Shown piece after piece: positions 1 to 8,100 of a stretch of 32,486 bases of DNA (position 1 is the first letter of the stretch; every line of letters starts with the position of its first letter). The notes beneath the pieces are model-generated. The model saw only the letters and a program-made list of their open reading frames with translations, was not told the DNA's origin and made no database searches. The DNA is from a virus (taxonomy: Duplodnaviria > Caudoviricetes): positions 1 to 32,486 of IMG/VR virus record IMGVR_UViG_3300042318_000332. One strand, 5' to 3'. The translations under genes were made by a program, and so were the position numbers.

Positions 1-1
1 A

Positions 2-70
2 CAGCGTCTTAATGAAGAAGCGCTCAAGCTACAAGACAAGTTCCCAATCCGAATCCACTACACCAAGTAA
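2..70 (+). CDS. 3' end of an upstream virion/tail gene (partial)
   Basis: Open frame QRLNEEALKLQDKFPIRIHYTK* ending TAA 68-70, just before the tail-module ORF. Confidence 0.6.
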   Translation, partial: QRLNEEALKLQDKFPIRIHYTK

Positions 71-79
71 GGCAGACCA

Positions 80-880
80 ATGACACGTAGATACTCCTCA
101 ATCAGCGTAGAGACAACACTACAAACAACCGCTTCAATAGGTGCTACAACTCTTACACTACCTTCTTCAGGTGCTGTTACCGCGCTCCTTGGTGGAGCTG
201 CTCTTTCTGCAGGTAACGTGGATCAGTTCACTGTAGTGCTAGACCCAGATACAGCCAATGAAGAGATTGTATTTGTCACCGAAACATCTGGTGCAACATT
301 AAGAGTTGTACGAGGACGTGCTGGCACTGCAGATATTGAGCACCTTTCAGGTGCAGTCATCCGTCACTCATTGACTTCAGATGACTTGACTTACTACACA
401 ACAGGTGTGGACTCAGCAGCAACAGCAGCAGGAACCTTGACCTTTAGCAACAAGACTATTGCTTTAGGATCTAACACAGTATCAGGTACTACTGCTCAGT
501 TTAATACTGCGCTAACAGATGGTGATTTTGCTACCCTTGCTGGAACTAACACCCTGACTAACAAAACTCTGACTACACCTGTGGCTAGTATTGCAATCAA
601 TCCTCAGACAACTGCCTATACTTTGGTTGCAGGAGATAAGAGCAAGTTGGTAACAGTTACATCAGCTAGTACAGCTAACGTCACAGTCCCTGCAGCAACC
701 TTTGATGCTGGAGATATCATCTATGTATCTCGCAGTGGAACAGGTGCTGTTGGAATAGTGGGAGCTGGAGGAACTACAATTAACGCTACTCCAGGTACAA
801 CGCTACGTGCTCAGTACTCAGCTTGTGCAATAATCTGCACAGCATCAAATACATTTTTACTCGTTGGAGATCTTGCTTAA
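80..880 (+). CDS. tail fibre-like/virion structural protein
   Basis: 266 aa, Thr/Ala/Gly-rich; contains the TDGDFATLAGTNTLTNKTLT segment typical of phage tail fibres; lies in the tail module. Confidence 0.65.
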   Translation: MTRRYSSISVETTLQTTASIGATTLTLPSSGAVTALLGGAALSAGNVDQFTVVLDPDTANEEIVFVTETSGATLRVVRGRAGTADIEHLSGAVIRHSLTSDDLTYYTTGVDSAATAAGTLTFSNKTIALGSNTVSGTTAQFNTALTDGDFATLAGTNTLTNKTLTTPVASIAINPQTTAYTLVAGDKSKLVTVTSASTANVTVPAATFDAGDIIYVSRSGTGAVGIVGAGGTTINATPGTTLRAQYSACAIICTASNTFLLVGDLA

Positions 881-1197
881 TGTTAAACCTATTGGCTTTT
901 GTGTTAAAGGCTAGGACTGTTGGACCAACTCCAACACCTACTCCTACGCCGACCCCGACACCACCGCCTCCAACACCAACACCAACACCTACCCCGACTC
1001 CAACACCTACACCAACCCCTACGCCTACACCTACACCAACTCCTACGCCTACACCTACACCAAGTGTTACAACTTGGTACTGCACAACAGCATTTGGTGG
1101 ACGCTATACTTCTAGCACAGATGTATCTCGTGAAGGTGAGTGTGCAGAAACAGTTGCTTGTTCAACAAGCGGTTACCCTCCTAATCCTCCGTGCTAA
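880..1197 (+). CDS. Pro-Thr repeat (mucin/extensin-like) small protein with Cys-rich C-terminus
   Basis: ATG at 880 overlaps the upstream stop (TAATG); 105 aa: short hydrophobic N-terminus, 46-residue PT tract, C-terminal domain with 4 Cys. Confidence 0.75.
   Translation: MLNLLAFVLKARTVGPTPTPTPTPTPTPPPPTPTPTPTPTPTPTPTPTPTPTPTPTPTPTPSVTTWYCTTAFGGRYTSSTDVSREGECAETVACSTSGYPPNPPC
925..1062 (+). repeat. CCN-ACN hexamer repeat encoding (Pro-Thr)n
   Basis: 138 nt, 46 codons, with varied synonymous third positions. Confidence 0.95.
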
Positions 1198-1214
1198 TTT
1201 AACAAGGAGATTAA

Positions 1215-2303
1215 ATGTCAGAGGTCAAGCCTTGGGATATGTTTACAAGTATGCCAAGGGCATCTGAACAAGAGATAAGTCGCAGGATATCAATATGTCA
1301 GTCCTGTCATTTGTTTACAAAACTTCGTAGGTGTGAAGATTGTGGTTGCTTTATGGATGCCAAAAGTAAACTACAACCTGCTACCTGTCCGTTAGGTAAA
1401 TGGGAAACCATCTTTATTTCTATTGCCAGCTACAGAGATGGCGAACTGGTTAAGACAGTGCGTTCTGCTTGGGACAATGCAAGACACAAAGAGAGTTTAT
1501 TCTTTTCGATAGTATCTCAGGCAGAGGATGAAGAACATCCTGACCTGTCGTTTATACCGGACAACCAGATTCGTTATGTAAAGATACATTGGCAAGAGAC
1601 AAAGGGTGCTTGCTGGGCCAGAGAGATGGCCTCAAGGGACATCAACCAGAAGTACTTTTTCCAGATTGATTCTCATTCTAGGTTCAGGCCAGACTGGGAT
1701 CTAACTTTGGTTCAAGGGTATAAGAAACTGCAAGCCCATTGGGGCGACAGAATCGTAACAAGTAACTACCCAGACTCCTACATTCTTGATCTTGAGACTG
1801 GCGAAGATATATTTAATCAGTGGCCTGTGTTCTACAAACTAAGAGCTGAATGGGATGAAGGCTCAAGGATGGTTCAGGCTAGATGGGAAGAGTGTGAACC
1901 AGTTGATTCTGGTCACGAAGTATTCTTCGTATCTGGTAACAATCTATTCTGTGAGTCAGATTACATTAGAGAAGTTCCATACGATAACGAGTTGTACTTC
2001 ACAGGCGAAGAGCCATCACTGGCGCTTAGATTTTATACTCGTGGTATAAAGATTATCAATCCACCAATGCTGTATATGTATACAAACTACAGTCGTGAGA
2101 ATACTAAAAGACCGCTGCACTGGATAGACAATGGTGACTGGTGGAAGTTGAATAAGTCTTCCTACCAGAGACTAGCCAAGATAATGACAGGTGATACATC
2201 ACTTGGTATTTATGGTATCGGTTCTGTTGATCTATATAAAGAATATCAGGAAAGATCTAATGTCTATCTTGAAGATAAATACGAAATAATAAACAGCATA
2301 TAA
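1215..2303 (+). CDS. GT60-like polypeptide alpha-GlcNAc transferase (Skp1 Gnt1-like) with N-terminal Cys-rich (DUF6171-like) domain
   Basis: TIFISIASYRD, GACWAR, QIDSHSRF (DxH), YFTGEE motifs of the GT60 family; N-terminus CxxC...CxxCGC...CPLGKW; RBS AAGGAG. Confidence 0.8.
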   Translation: MSEVKPWDMFTSMPRASEQEISRRISICQSCHLFTKLRRCEDCGCFMDAKSKLQPATCPLGKWETIFISIASYRDGELVKTVRSAWDNARHKESLFFSIVSQAEDEEHPDLSFIPDNQIRYVKIHWQETKGACWAREMASRDINQKYFFQIDSHSRFRPDWDLTLVQGYKKLQAHWGDRIVTSNYPDSYILDLETGEDIFNQWPVFYKLRAEWDEGSRMVQARWEECEPVDSGHEVFFVSGNNLFCESDYIREVPYDNELYFTGEEPSLALRFYTRGIKIINPPMLYMYTNYSRENTKRPLHWIDNGDWWKLNKSSYQRLAKIMTGDTSLGIYGIGSVDLYKEYQERSNVYLEDKYEIINSI

Positions 2304-2312
2304 GGAGAACAA

Positions 2313-4253
2313 ATGGCAACCGAGTTCGACATTACGGATCCAATCCCATATCCATTATCGAACCCAGCAGGTGCTACGAACTTTTCAGCAACTGGTGTTG
2401 CATACGATGTAGCCTTTGCAAGCAATCCATTTTTTATCGGAGCATCCGATGAGACACCCTATCGTCGCGTAACAGCGCAGTATCGTAAGCAACAAATTGA
2501 CCAGTCCAGAGAACCAGGTGAGCAGACGCTTACCGGTTGGTGGACTCGTAGCCAGTCATCCTTTCATCAGGGAGCAGGCATCAAGTTTTTTGAGCCACAG
2601 CAAGATGAGTCCCTGCGATTTCAATTCACAGAGTCTAAGGGTGTAGATGTCTGGACTAAGGGACAGGTTAGCCTGCTCAACAGCACAGTTAGGGCTAGGG
2701 CTTCAGCATCAACTAACTTATACCTAGTTGGTGCTAGAGACAATACTAATAACGTAGATGCAATTGTCTTTACTGAAGGAGTTGATCTCAAGAAACTTAC
2801 TATGAGCGGTGATACACCTACCGTTACTCCTTATACTTTAACAGCAGCTCCACACACACTTGATTTTATGGCTTTAACCTCTGATGGAACCAGATACTTT
2901 GCTGCAGATAATGACAAACTTCATAGAGGTAATATCTTTGGCTCTACATCTGATGGTCATATCTACGATCTTGATGGTCCAGTTACCACAGTAGCACTGC
3001 GTTATGCAAAGCAACGTTTGTTAGCTGGCGTAGGTATAAAGTTATATGAATTAGATTCTAACAAGACACCCACTGCAGGTGGTCACGCTTTACCTACCGA
3101 ACTTTATACACACCCAAACCCATCGTGGATATGGACAACCATATCTGAAGGACCTGCTGCTTTCTATGTTGGTGGCTATGCTGGATCTCAATCATCTCTA
3201 TACAAGATTACATTAGATACTACTGCTACTAACTCTCTTGGATTCCCAGAACTTAATGCACCTACTGTTGTAGTTGATCTACCAGAGGGTGAAATAATCA
3301 ATGCCTTTGATGTATACCTTGGTACCTTTGGAGTTCTTTGCACCAACAAGGGTGTAAGAGTTGCGTTGGTATCTGCCGATGGTGACATCAGTTATGGACC
3401 ATTGCTAGTAGAGACAGAGTGCAAGAGCGTAACCTTCAAGGATAGATTTGCTTATGTAACAACCTTACAAGATACTGAGTCAGGTCTAATTCGTATTGAT
3501 CTATCACAGTCAGTAGTTTCTAATAGCCTTGTCTTTGCCTATGCTTGGGATATTTGTGCAATCGGTGAGACTGTTAACCCAGTATCTACAGACTTCCTTG
3601 GTTCTACCGATAGAGCTGTCTTTGCAGTACCAGGTGATGGAATATGGATTGAGTCATCAAGTATTAAGGTACCATCTGGGTACTTACGTACAGGTTTTGT
3701 GCGCTATAACACAACAGAGAATAAGATCTTTAAGATTATGCAAACACGTGCTGATAACACCTACGGTTCTGTATCTGTAGATTCTATTACAGAAGATGAC
3801 ACCTATTACCGCATTGGTTCCTTTGGACAAGGAGTTGCTATCAGCGATGTGAATATCAGCTTCCCAACTTCTGCTGTTGAGTTCCTAGGATTCCAGTTTA
3901 ACTTCACCCGTTCATCTACAGATACAACACAAGGTCCAGTCTTTACTGGATACCAGGTTAAGTCACTACCTGCAGTACCGCGTCAGCGATTGATTCAGTA
4001 CCCAGTGTTCTGCTATGACCACGAGAAGGACCACTATGGAGTTGAGGTGGGTTATGAAGGCTCAGCCTATGACCGCATCAGCCAGTTAGAAGCAATAGAG
4101 AATCTAGGCGACACCATCCGCGTCGAAGATTTTAGAACTGGGGAGTCATTCCTCGGTCTGATTGAAGAGATGGACTTCATCAACCGCACGCCAACAGATA
4201 AGAGATTCTCCGGATACGGTGGAACTTTGTTGGTCACTATACGTTCAGTCTAA
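2313..4253 (+). CDS. tail structural protein (tail tubular/nozzle-like, beta-rich)
   Basis: 646 aa beta-rich protein, last large gene before the lysis cassette; RBS AAGGAG. Confidence 0.6.
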   Translation: MATEFDITDPIPYPLSNPAGATNFSATGVAYDVAFASNPFFIGASDETPYRRVTAQYRKQQIDQSREPGEQTLTGWWTRSQSSFHQGAGIKFFEPQQDESLRFQFTESKGVDVWTKGQVSLLNSTVRARASASTNLYLVGARDNTNNVDAIVFTEGVDLKKLTMSGDTPTVTPYTLTAAPHTLDFMALTSDGTRYFAADNDKLHRGNIFGSTSDGHIYDLDGPVTTVALRYAKQRLLAGVGIKLYELDSNKTPTAGGHALPTELYTHPNPSWIWTTISEGPAAFYVGGYAGSQSSLYKITLDTTATNSLGFPELNAPTVVVDLPEGEIINAFDVYLGTFGVLCTNKGVRVALVSADGDISYGPLLVETECKSVTFKDRFAYVTTLQDTESGLIRIDLSQSVVSNSLVFAYAWDICAIGETVNPVSTDFLGSTDRAVFAVPGDGIWIESSSIKVPSGYLRTGFVRYNTTENKIFKIMQTRADNTYGSVSVDSITEDDTYYRIGSFGQGVAISDVNISFPTSAVEFLGFQFNFTRSSTDTTQGPVFTGYQVKSLPAVPRQRLIQYPVFCYDHEKDHYGVEVGYEGSAYDRISQLEAIENLGDTIRVEDFRTGESFLGLIEEMDFINRTPTDKRFSGYGGTLLVTIRSV

Positions 4254-4267
4254 GGAGACTACGATCA

Positions 4268-4462
4268 ATGAGCGCATCTGATTACGCAACCCTTACAGTT
4301 GCAGTAACCACAATACTAGGAGCTTTGTTTACAGCAATGCGTTGGCTAGTAAAGCATTACCTTAATGAACTTAAGCCCAATTCAGGAACCAGTTTGCGTG
4401 ACTCCTTGGACAGATTAGAAAAAAGAGTAGACGACCTGTTTAAGTTGATAGCAGAGAAATGA
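4268..4462 (+). CDS. small membrane protein (holin-like/lysis accessory)
   Basis: One TM helix followed by a coiled-coil; directly upstream of the endolysin. Confidence 0.6.
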   Translation: MSASDYATLTVAVTTILGALFTAMRWLVKHYLNELKPNSGTSLRDSLDRLEKRVDDLFKLIAEK

Positions 4463-4468
4463 GTAACG

Positions 4469-4933
4469 ATGAAGCCACTTGCAAGGAAAGCCACGCCTGC
4501 AGCCATTGCTGTCCTGCGCCAGGCCACAGCGATAGTTCCATTGCGTATGAAAGCATCCGATGGACTCCTACCGTCCAAAGCGCATATCCATCAGAATCCC
4601 AACTCTGACCACAACACAGGCTTTGCAGTTGATTTAACCCACGATCCCATAGCTGGTATTAACTGCAACGATATCTTTGACAAACTACAAGCAGACCCAC
4701 GAGTTGACTACCTGATATTTAAGGGAAAGATTTGGTCAAAGCAAAAGGGACTGCGTGTGTATAAGGGACCAAACCCACACACAAAACATCTTCACATCTC
4801 CATCAAACAAGGATGTGGAGACGACACCTCACCTTGGTTCCCTTGGCTGGGTACACCAAAGGTTGTCGCAAAGGTCAAGGCAGCAGTTAAGCCTTTACCT
4901 AAGAAGAAAGAACCAACAAGTCCAAAGGAGTAA
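4469..4933 (+). CDS. endolysin, Zn peptidase (M15-like)
   Basis: SDHNTGFAVD and HTKHLHIS metal-binding motifs, basic C-terminal tail, flanked by membrane-protein genes. Confidence 0.7.
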   Translation: MKPLARKATPAAIAVLRQATAIVPLRMKASDGLLPSKAHIHQNPNSDHNTGFAVDLTHDPIAGINCNDIFDKLQADPRVDYLIFKGKIWSKQKGLRVYKGPNPHTKHLHISIKQGCGDDTSPWFPWLGTPKVVAKVKAAVKPLPKKKEPTSPKE

Positions 4934-4935
4934 CA

Positions 4936-5127
4936 ATGGATAAGAACAAGTTAAAGGCAATGGCAGCTACGTACCTACGTGCTGGTATTGCATCAGTAAT
5001 TGCTTTATATCTTGCAGGCGTAACAGATCCAAAGGCTTTAGCAACAGCAGGTATCGCTGCTATTGCAGGTCCATTGCTTAAGGCATTAGATCCAAAAGCT
5101 GCAGAGTTCGGACGTGGGTCTAAGTAA
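4936..5127 (+). CDS. holin
   Basis: 63 aa, two TM helices, basic C-terminus, follows the endolysin; RBS AAGGAG. Confidence 0.7.
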   Translation: MDKNKLKAMAATYLRAGIASVIALYLAGVTDPKALATAGIAAIAGPLLKALDPKAAEFGRGSK

Positions 5128-5147
5128 CCCATCAGCGCGAGGCAAAG

Positions 5148-5182
5148 GCCCTCATCCCTTCGGGGATGGGGGTTCTTTTTTT
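5148..5182 (+). terminator. Rho-independent terminator ending the late/lysis operon
   Basis: CATCCC-TTCG-GGGATG stem with UUCG loop followed by T7, between convergent genes. Confidence 0.85.
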
Positions 5183-5429
5183 ATGCCATTTTGTCAACAG
5201 AGCAGGGAACTGTTACCAGATTGCCACAGTTAACACAGGTGGCATCAAGGAAATACCAGACCAGTTCATAATCTTCAAAGGCTGCCATAACATTAAATAC
5301 CTGGGAGCCACACATACACACGTGGATGGGTCCTAAACCCCGCAGATCGGCTCCAGTGACTTCTGGCAGGGTATTGTAGGAGCTTATACGCTCCCAGATT
5401 TTTGACAGGAGTGGGAAACGGAGTACCAT
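5181..5429 (-). CDS. small zinc-binding protein
   Basis: CMCGS...CVNCG motifs; has its own leftward promoter candidate and RBS AAGGAG. Confidence 0.7.
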   Translation of the reverse strand: MVLRFPLLSKIWERISSYNTLPEVTGADLRGLGPIHVCMCGSQVFNVMAAFEDYELVWYFLDATCVNCGNLVTVPCSVDKMA

Positions 5430-5521
5430 ATGCTCGGCACGGCTCCTTCCTGTGGTCAGTCGCCTCTCGGCCTTACGGCCTCGGCCCCGTAAGGGGCCAC
5501 TGTAAATTCGCTATCGCTCAT

Positions 5522-5577
5522 ATTGTACACATCAGGTAGCGTGTCTCAGGTACGACACGCCGTAGGTGTGTTACTCT
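5522..5577. promoter_or_regulatory. back-to-back promoters, each GACACGC-N11-TAnnnT
   Basis: Rightward: GACACGC 5554-5560 + TACTCT 5572-5577. Leftward: GACACGC 5545-5539 + TACAAT 5527-5522. Confidence 0.65.
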
Positions 5578-5582
5578 CAGGT

Positions 5583-6140
5583 ATGACAACCATCGCAGCT
5601 TTAGAAGGTATTGATTACGCGGTCTTCGTAGCTGACTCTCAGATAACTGAAGACAATCTCGTGACCTTAGCAACGAGCACGCCTAAAATCGTTGAGGTGG
5701 GTAAGTTCATCATCGGTATCTCAGGTGACACCAGACCAGGTGATATCCTTTCGTATAACTGGAAACCGCCACTCTATCGTGGCGAAGAACCGGTGCAGTT
5801 TATGGGACGTAAAGTAATCCCAAGCATTATGAGTACCTTTACAGATAATAACTACGAGTGGAACAAGGTGGACAAAGATGGTGGCTTCGATTATCTCATT
5901 GCTTTTAACGGCAATATCTTCCGTATTGCTTGTGATCTCTCTTTTTTCCAAGCAGATCACGGAACGTACGGCATTGGTTCTGGTGGGCAGCTCGCTCTTG
6001 GCTACCTGTATTCAGTTCGCAAACCTGATATGGAGTTAGCCTACGCCAAGCGACACGCCAAGAAAGCCGTAGAGATTGCATCAATGCTTGACGCTAATAC
6101 GGGTAAGCCTATACAGTTGGTAGTCCAAGAACGACTATAG
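5583..6140 (+). CDS. proteasome beta/HslV-like Ntn-hydrolase (Thr protease)
   Basis: Start MTTIAA exposes an N-terminal Thr; ADSQ, PKI and GIGSGG motifs; ATG is 5 nt after the -10, so probably leaderless. Confidence 0.8.
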   Translation: MTTIAALEGIDYAVFVADSQITEDNLVTLATSTPKIVEVGKFIIGISGDTRPGDILSYNWKPPLYRGEEPVQFMGRKVIPSIMSTFTDNNYEWNKVDKDGGFDYLIAFNGNIFRIACDLSFFQADHGTYGIGSGGQLALGYLYSVRKPDMELAYAKRHAKKAVEIASMLDANTGKPIQLVVQERL

Positions 6141-6149
6141 GAGGAAGTA

Positions 6150-6341
6150 ATGAGTACACAAAAAGAACGTTGGATAAAGACAGAAGAAGCAGCAGAATAT
6201 CTATCTGTAAGTTTAAGTTTCTTATATCAAAAGGGACCTGATGCTGGCATTCCACGAGTTAAGTTGAGTAATGGGTATCGTTATCGTATGTCAGATCTTG
6301 ATGCTTGGTTGTTAGGAAAATTAGATGCACAAGACTCTTGA
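6150..6341 (+). CDS. excisionase-like HTH DNA-binding protein
   Basis: WIKTEEAAEYLSVS...YRYRMSDLDAWL HTH_17 pattern; RBS AGGAGG. Confidence 0.8.
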   Translation: MSTQKERWIKTEEAAEYLSVSLSFLYQKGPDAGIPRVKLSNGYRYRMSDLDAWLLGKLDAQDS

Positions 6342-6453
6342 TTACGCTTTGAAAGAGGCGTATGAAACAGGCTTTGAAGATGGAGTTTCATCTGTTGTCA
6401 AAGCATCTGAAGAAGATATGAAACTGCTACTGAATCAGGTGAAGAATGGGTGA
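6325..6453 (+). CDS. hypothetical 42-aa protein
   Basis: MHKTLDYALKEAYETGFEDG...NG*; fills the operon gap; AGGA upstream. Confidence 0.55.
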   Translation: MHKTLDYALKEAYETGFEDGVSSVVKASEEDMKLLLNQVKNG

Positions 6454-6520
6454 GTGGCTTATTTACTGGGGAATTATTTTGTTCATCATTCTATTCTGGA
6501 ATCACACAAGATGTCAGTAA
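6446..6520 (+). CDS. 24-aa membrane peptide
   Basis: MGEWLIYWGIILFIILFWNHTRCQ*; overlaps both neighbours as expected for translational coupling. Confidence 0.45.
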   Translation: MGEWLIYWGIILFIILFWNHTRCQ

Positions 6521-7458
6521 CAGATCCTAAAGATTTACTACTGACTGCACTACGTGCAGGTGATGCTAAGCGTTCGCGCTCTACGCAGGTACAGATTGGT
6601 CCATCAGAGGTAGGCGGTTGCCGACGCAAGGTGTGGTACCGACTCAACAACCAACCTGAAACTAATGACAACGAATTAAAACTTGCTGCAATTATGGGTA
6701 CTGCTATTCACGCAGAGATTGAAAGAGCGTTAGTAGATAATCCAGATGTGCTGATTGAAACAGAAGTTGAATACAACGGGATGAAAGCACACATTGACTG
6801 TTTCGTACCAGGTACCGGTGATGTGATTGACTGGAAGACATCTAAGATTAAGAACCTTGGATACTTTCCATCAAAGCAACAACGGTGGCAGGTGCAGCTA
6901 TACGGCTACCTCCTAGCTAAGAACGGCTATGCGGTCAACCGAGTGTCACTGGTGGCAATTGCCAGGGACGGGGACGAAAGAGATGTCAAGGTTCACACCG
7001 AAGACTACGATGAGTCCATTGCTATCGAGGCACTCGGTTGGCTAGCGGCTGTCAAGGAGGCAGCAGAGGCACCTGCACCTGAACGCGACTCAAGTTACTG
7101 TCAGTTCTATTGCAAGTATTATGACGCAAGTGGGCAGATGGGATGCGTTGGTATAAAAAAAGAACTTACACCAGTCAGTGATGTCATCATTGATGATTTT
7201 GATGTTGACAGGAATGCACTGTTGTACTTACAGTTAGCAGCACAGATTAAAGAGTTAGAAAAGCATCAGGATTCTTTGAAGACATCCTTTGAAGGATTAC
7301 TAGGCACTACTAATTCAGGTATCGAAGTAAGTTGGACAACTGTTAAAGGACGTGAGTCAGTTGACAGTAGCGAGGTAGAAAAACTATTAGGGTTTGTCCC
7401 TAAGAAGGTAGGAGCTGAAAGCCAGCGACTATCTATAAAGCAAATCGGAGGTAAGTAA
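6511..7458 (+). CDS. Cas4-like PD-(D/E)XK exonuclease
   Basis: GPSEVGGCRR, GTAIH, HID, IDWKT, QVQLY and CQFYCKYY...C motifs; start taken as MSVTDP. Confidence 0.85.
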   Translation: MSVTDPKDLLLTALRAGDAKRSRSTQVQIGPSEVGGCRRKVWYRLNNQPETNDNELKLAAIMGTAIHAEIERALVDNPDVLIETEVEYNGMKAHIDCFVPGTGDVIDWKTSKIKNLGYFPSKQQRWQVQLYGYLLAKNGYAVNRVSLVAIARDGDERDVKVHTEDYDESIAIEALGWLAAVKEAAEAPAPERDSSYCQFYCKYYDASGQMGCVGIKKELTPVSDVIIDDFDVDRNALLYLQLAAQIKELEKHQDSLKTSFEGLLGTTNSGIEVSWTTVKGRESVDSSEVEKLLGFVPKKVGAESQRLSIKQIGGK

Positions 7459-7821
7459 ATGGCTACAGAAGGTACAAAGTTTCAGATCAACTACAAGTTG
7501 TCAGATGGAACACTCATCAATCTTTACGCAGCAAACGTTCAGGAACTAGAGACAGGTCTTAACGACCTAGGTATGGTTTCAACTTTGATTAAAGCAACAG
7601 GTGCAGAGTTCACAGGTGGACAACCAGCACCAACAGTTGCAGCAGTTGCTCAGGCATTTAATGCAACACCAGCACCAGCACCAACAGGTGGAGGCAACTC
7701 CTGTCGTCACGGTGTGATGGCATTTCGTGAAGGAACATCAAGCAAGGGACCTTGGAAGGGCTATATGTGTGCTGCACCAAAGGGTGCAACAGACAAGTGC
7801 GATACCATCTGGGTTAAATAA
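7459..7821 (+). CDS. hypothetical protein with C-terminal Zn-binding module (recombination/replication associated)
   Basis: CRHG...GPWKGYMC...KC after an Ala/Pro linker; lies between the nuclease and WhiB; RBS GGAGG. Confidence 0.6.
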   Translation: MATEGTKFQINYKLSDGTLINLYAANVQELETGLNDLGMVSTLIKATGAEFTGGQPAPTVAAVAQAFNATPAPAPTGGGNSCRHGVMAFREGTSSKGPWKGYMCAAPKGATDKCDTIWVK

Positions 7822-7824
7822 CAA

Positions 7825-8100
7825 ATGCGGGAGCCGAGGTTTTACGAAGCTCCTAGTTGTGCAACAGTAGGTGGAGACTTTTGGTTTCCAGATAATGAAT
7901 CAGGTGTACCTGGTGCATCCACAGTAGATTCTCTTTTTGCTAAGAGCATCTGTAATCGCTGTCCCCATAGAAGGGAATGCGCTGAGTGGGGTATCAAGTT
8001 TGAGACTCACGGCATCTGGGGCGGTCTAACACCAAGAGACCGTCAACGAATAAGACGTGAACGCGGTATCAAAGTAAATCAGGAGGATGACGTTGCTTAA
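7825..8100 (+). CDS. whiB: WhiB-family Fe-S transcription factor
   Basis: C...WFP...AKSICNRCPHRREC...GIWGG signature. Confidence 0.93.
   Translation: MREPRFYEAPSCATVGGDFWFPDNESGVPGASTVDSLFAKSICNRCPHRRECAEWGIKFETHGIWGGLTPRDRQRIRRERGIKVNQEDDVA

Noticed and set aside
925-1062. Repeat tract as CRISPR array or DGR
   Set aside because: Hexamer coding repeat with no spacers; no reverse transcriptase or TR/VR pair seen
786-1267. ORFs 786..1085 (-) poly-GV and 920..1267 (+) His/Leu/Gln-rich
   Set aside because: Shadow frames of the PT repeat; only the PT frame has a coupled start and synonymous-position variation
4459-4608. 49-aa Cys/His-containing ORF overlapping the endolysin start
   Set aside because: Coupled ATGA start but composition looks like an off-frame read of the endolysin; no independent support
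6150-6341. Excisionase implying a temperate lifestyle
   Set aside because: No integrase, repressor or att site recognised in the window; the HTH alone is not sufficient
6511-7458. Cas4-like gene as sign of a CRISPR-Cas system
   Set aside because: No array or other cas genes; solo Cas4-like nucleases are common phage recombination genes
6511-8100. Three consecutive in-frame genes (also 30317/30321) suggesting stop readthrough
   Set aside because: Each has its own start codon, and no readthrough signal is recognisable
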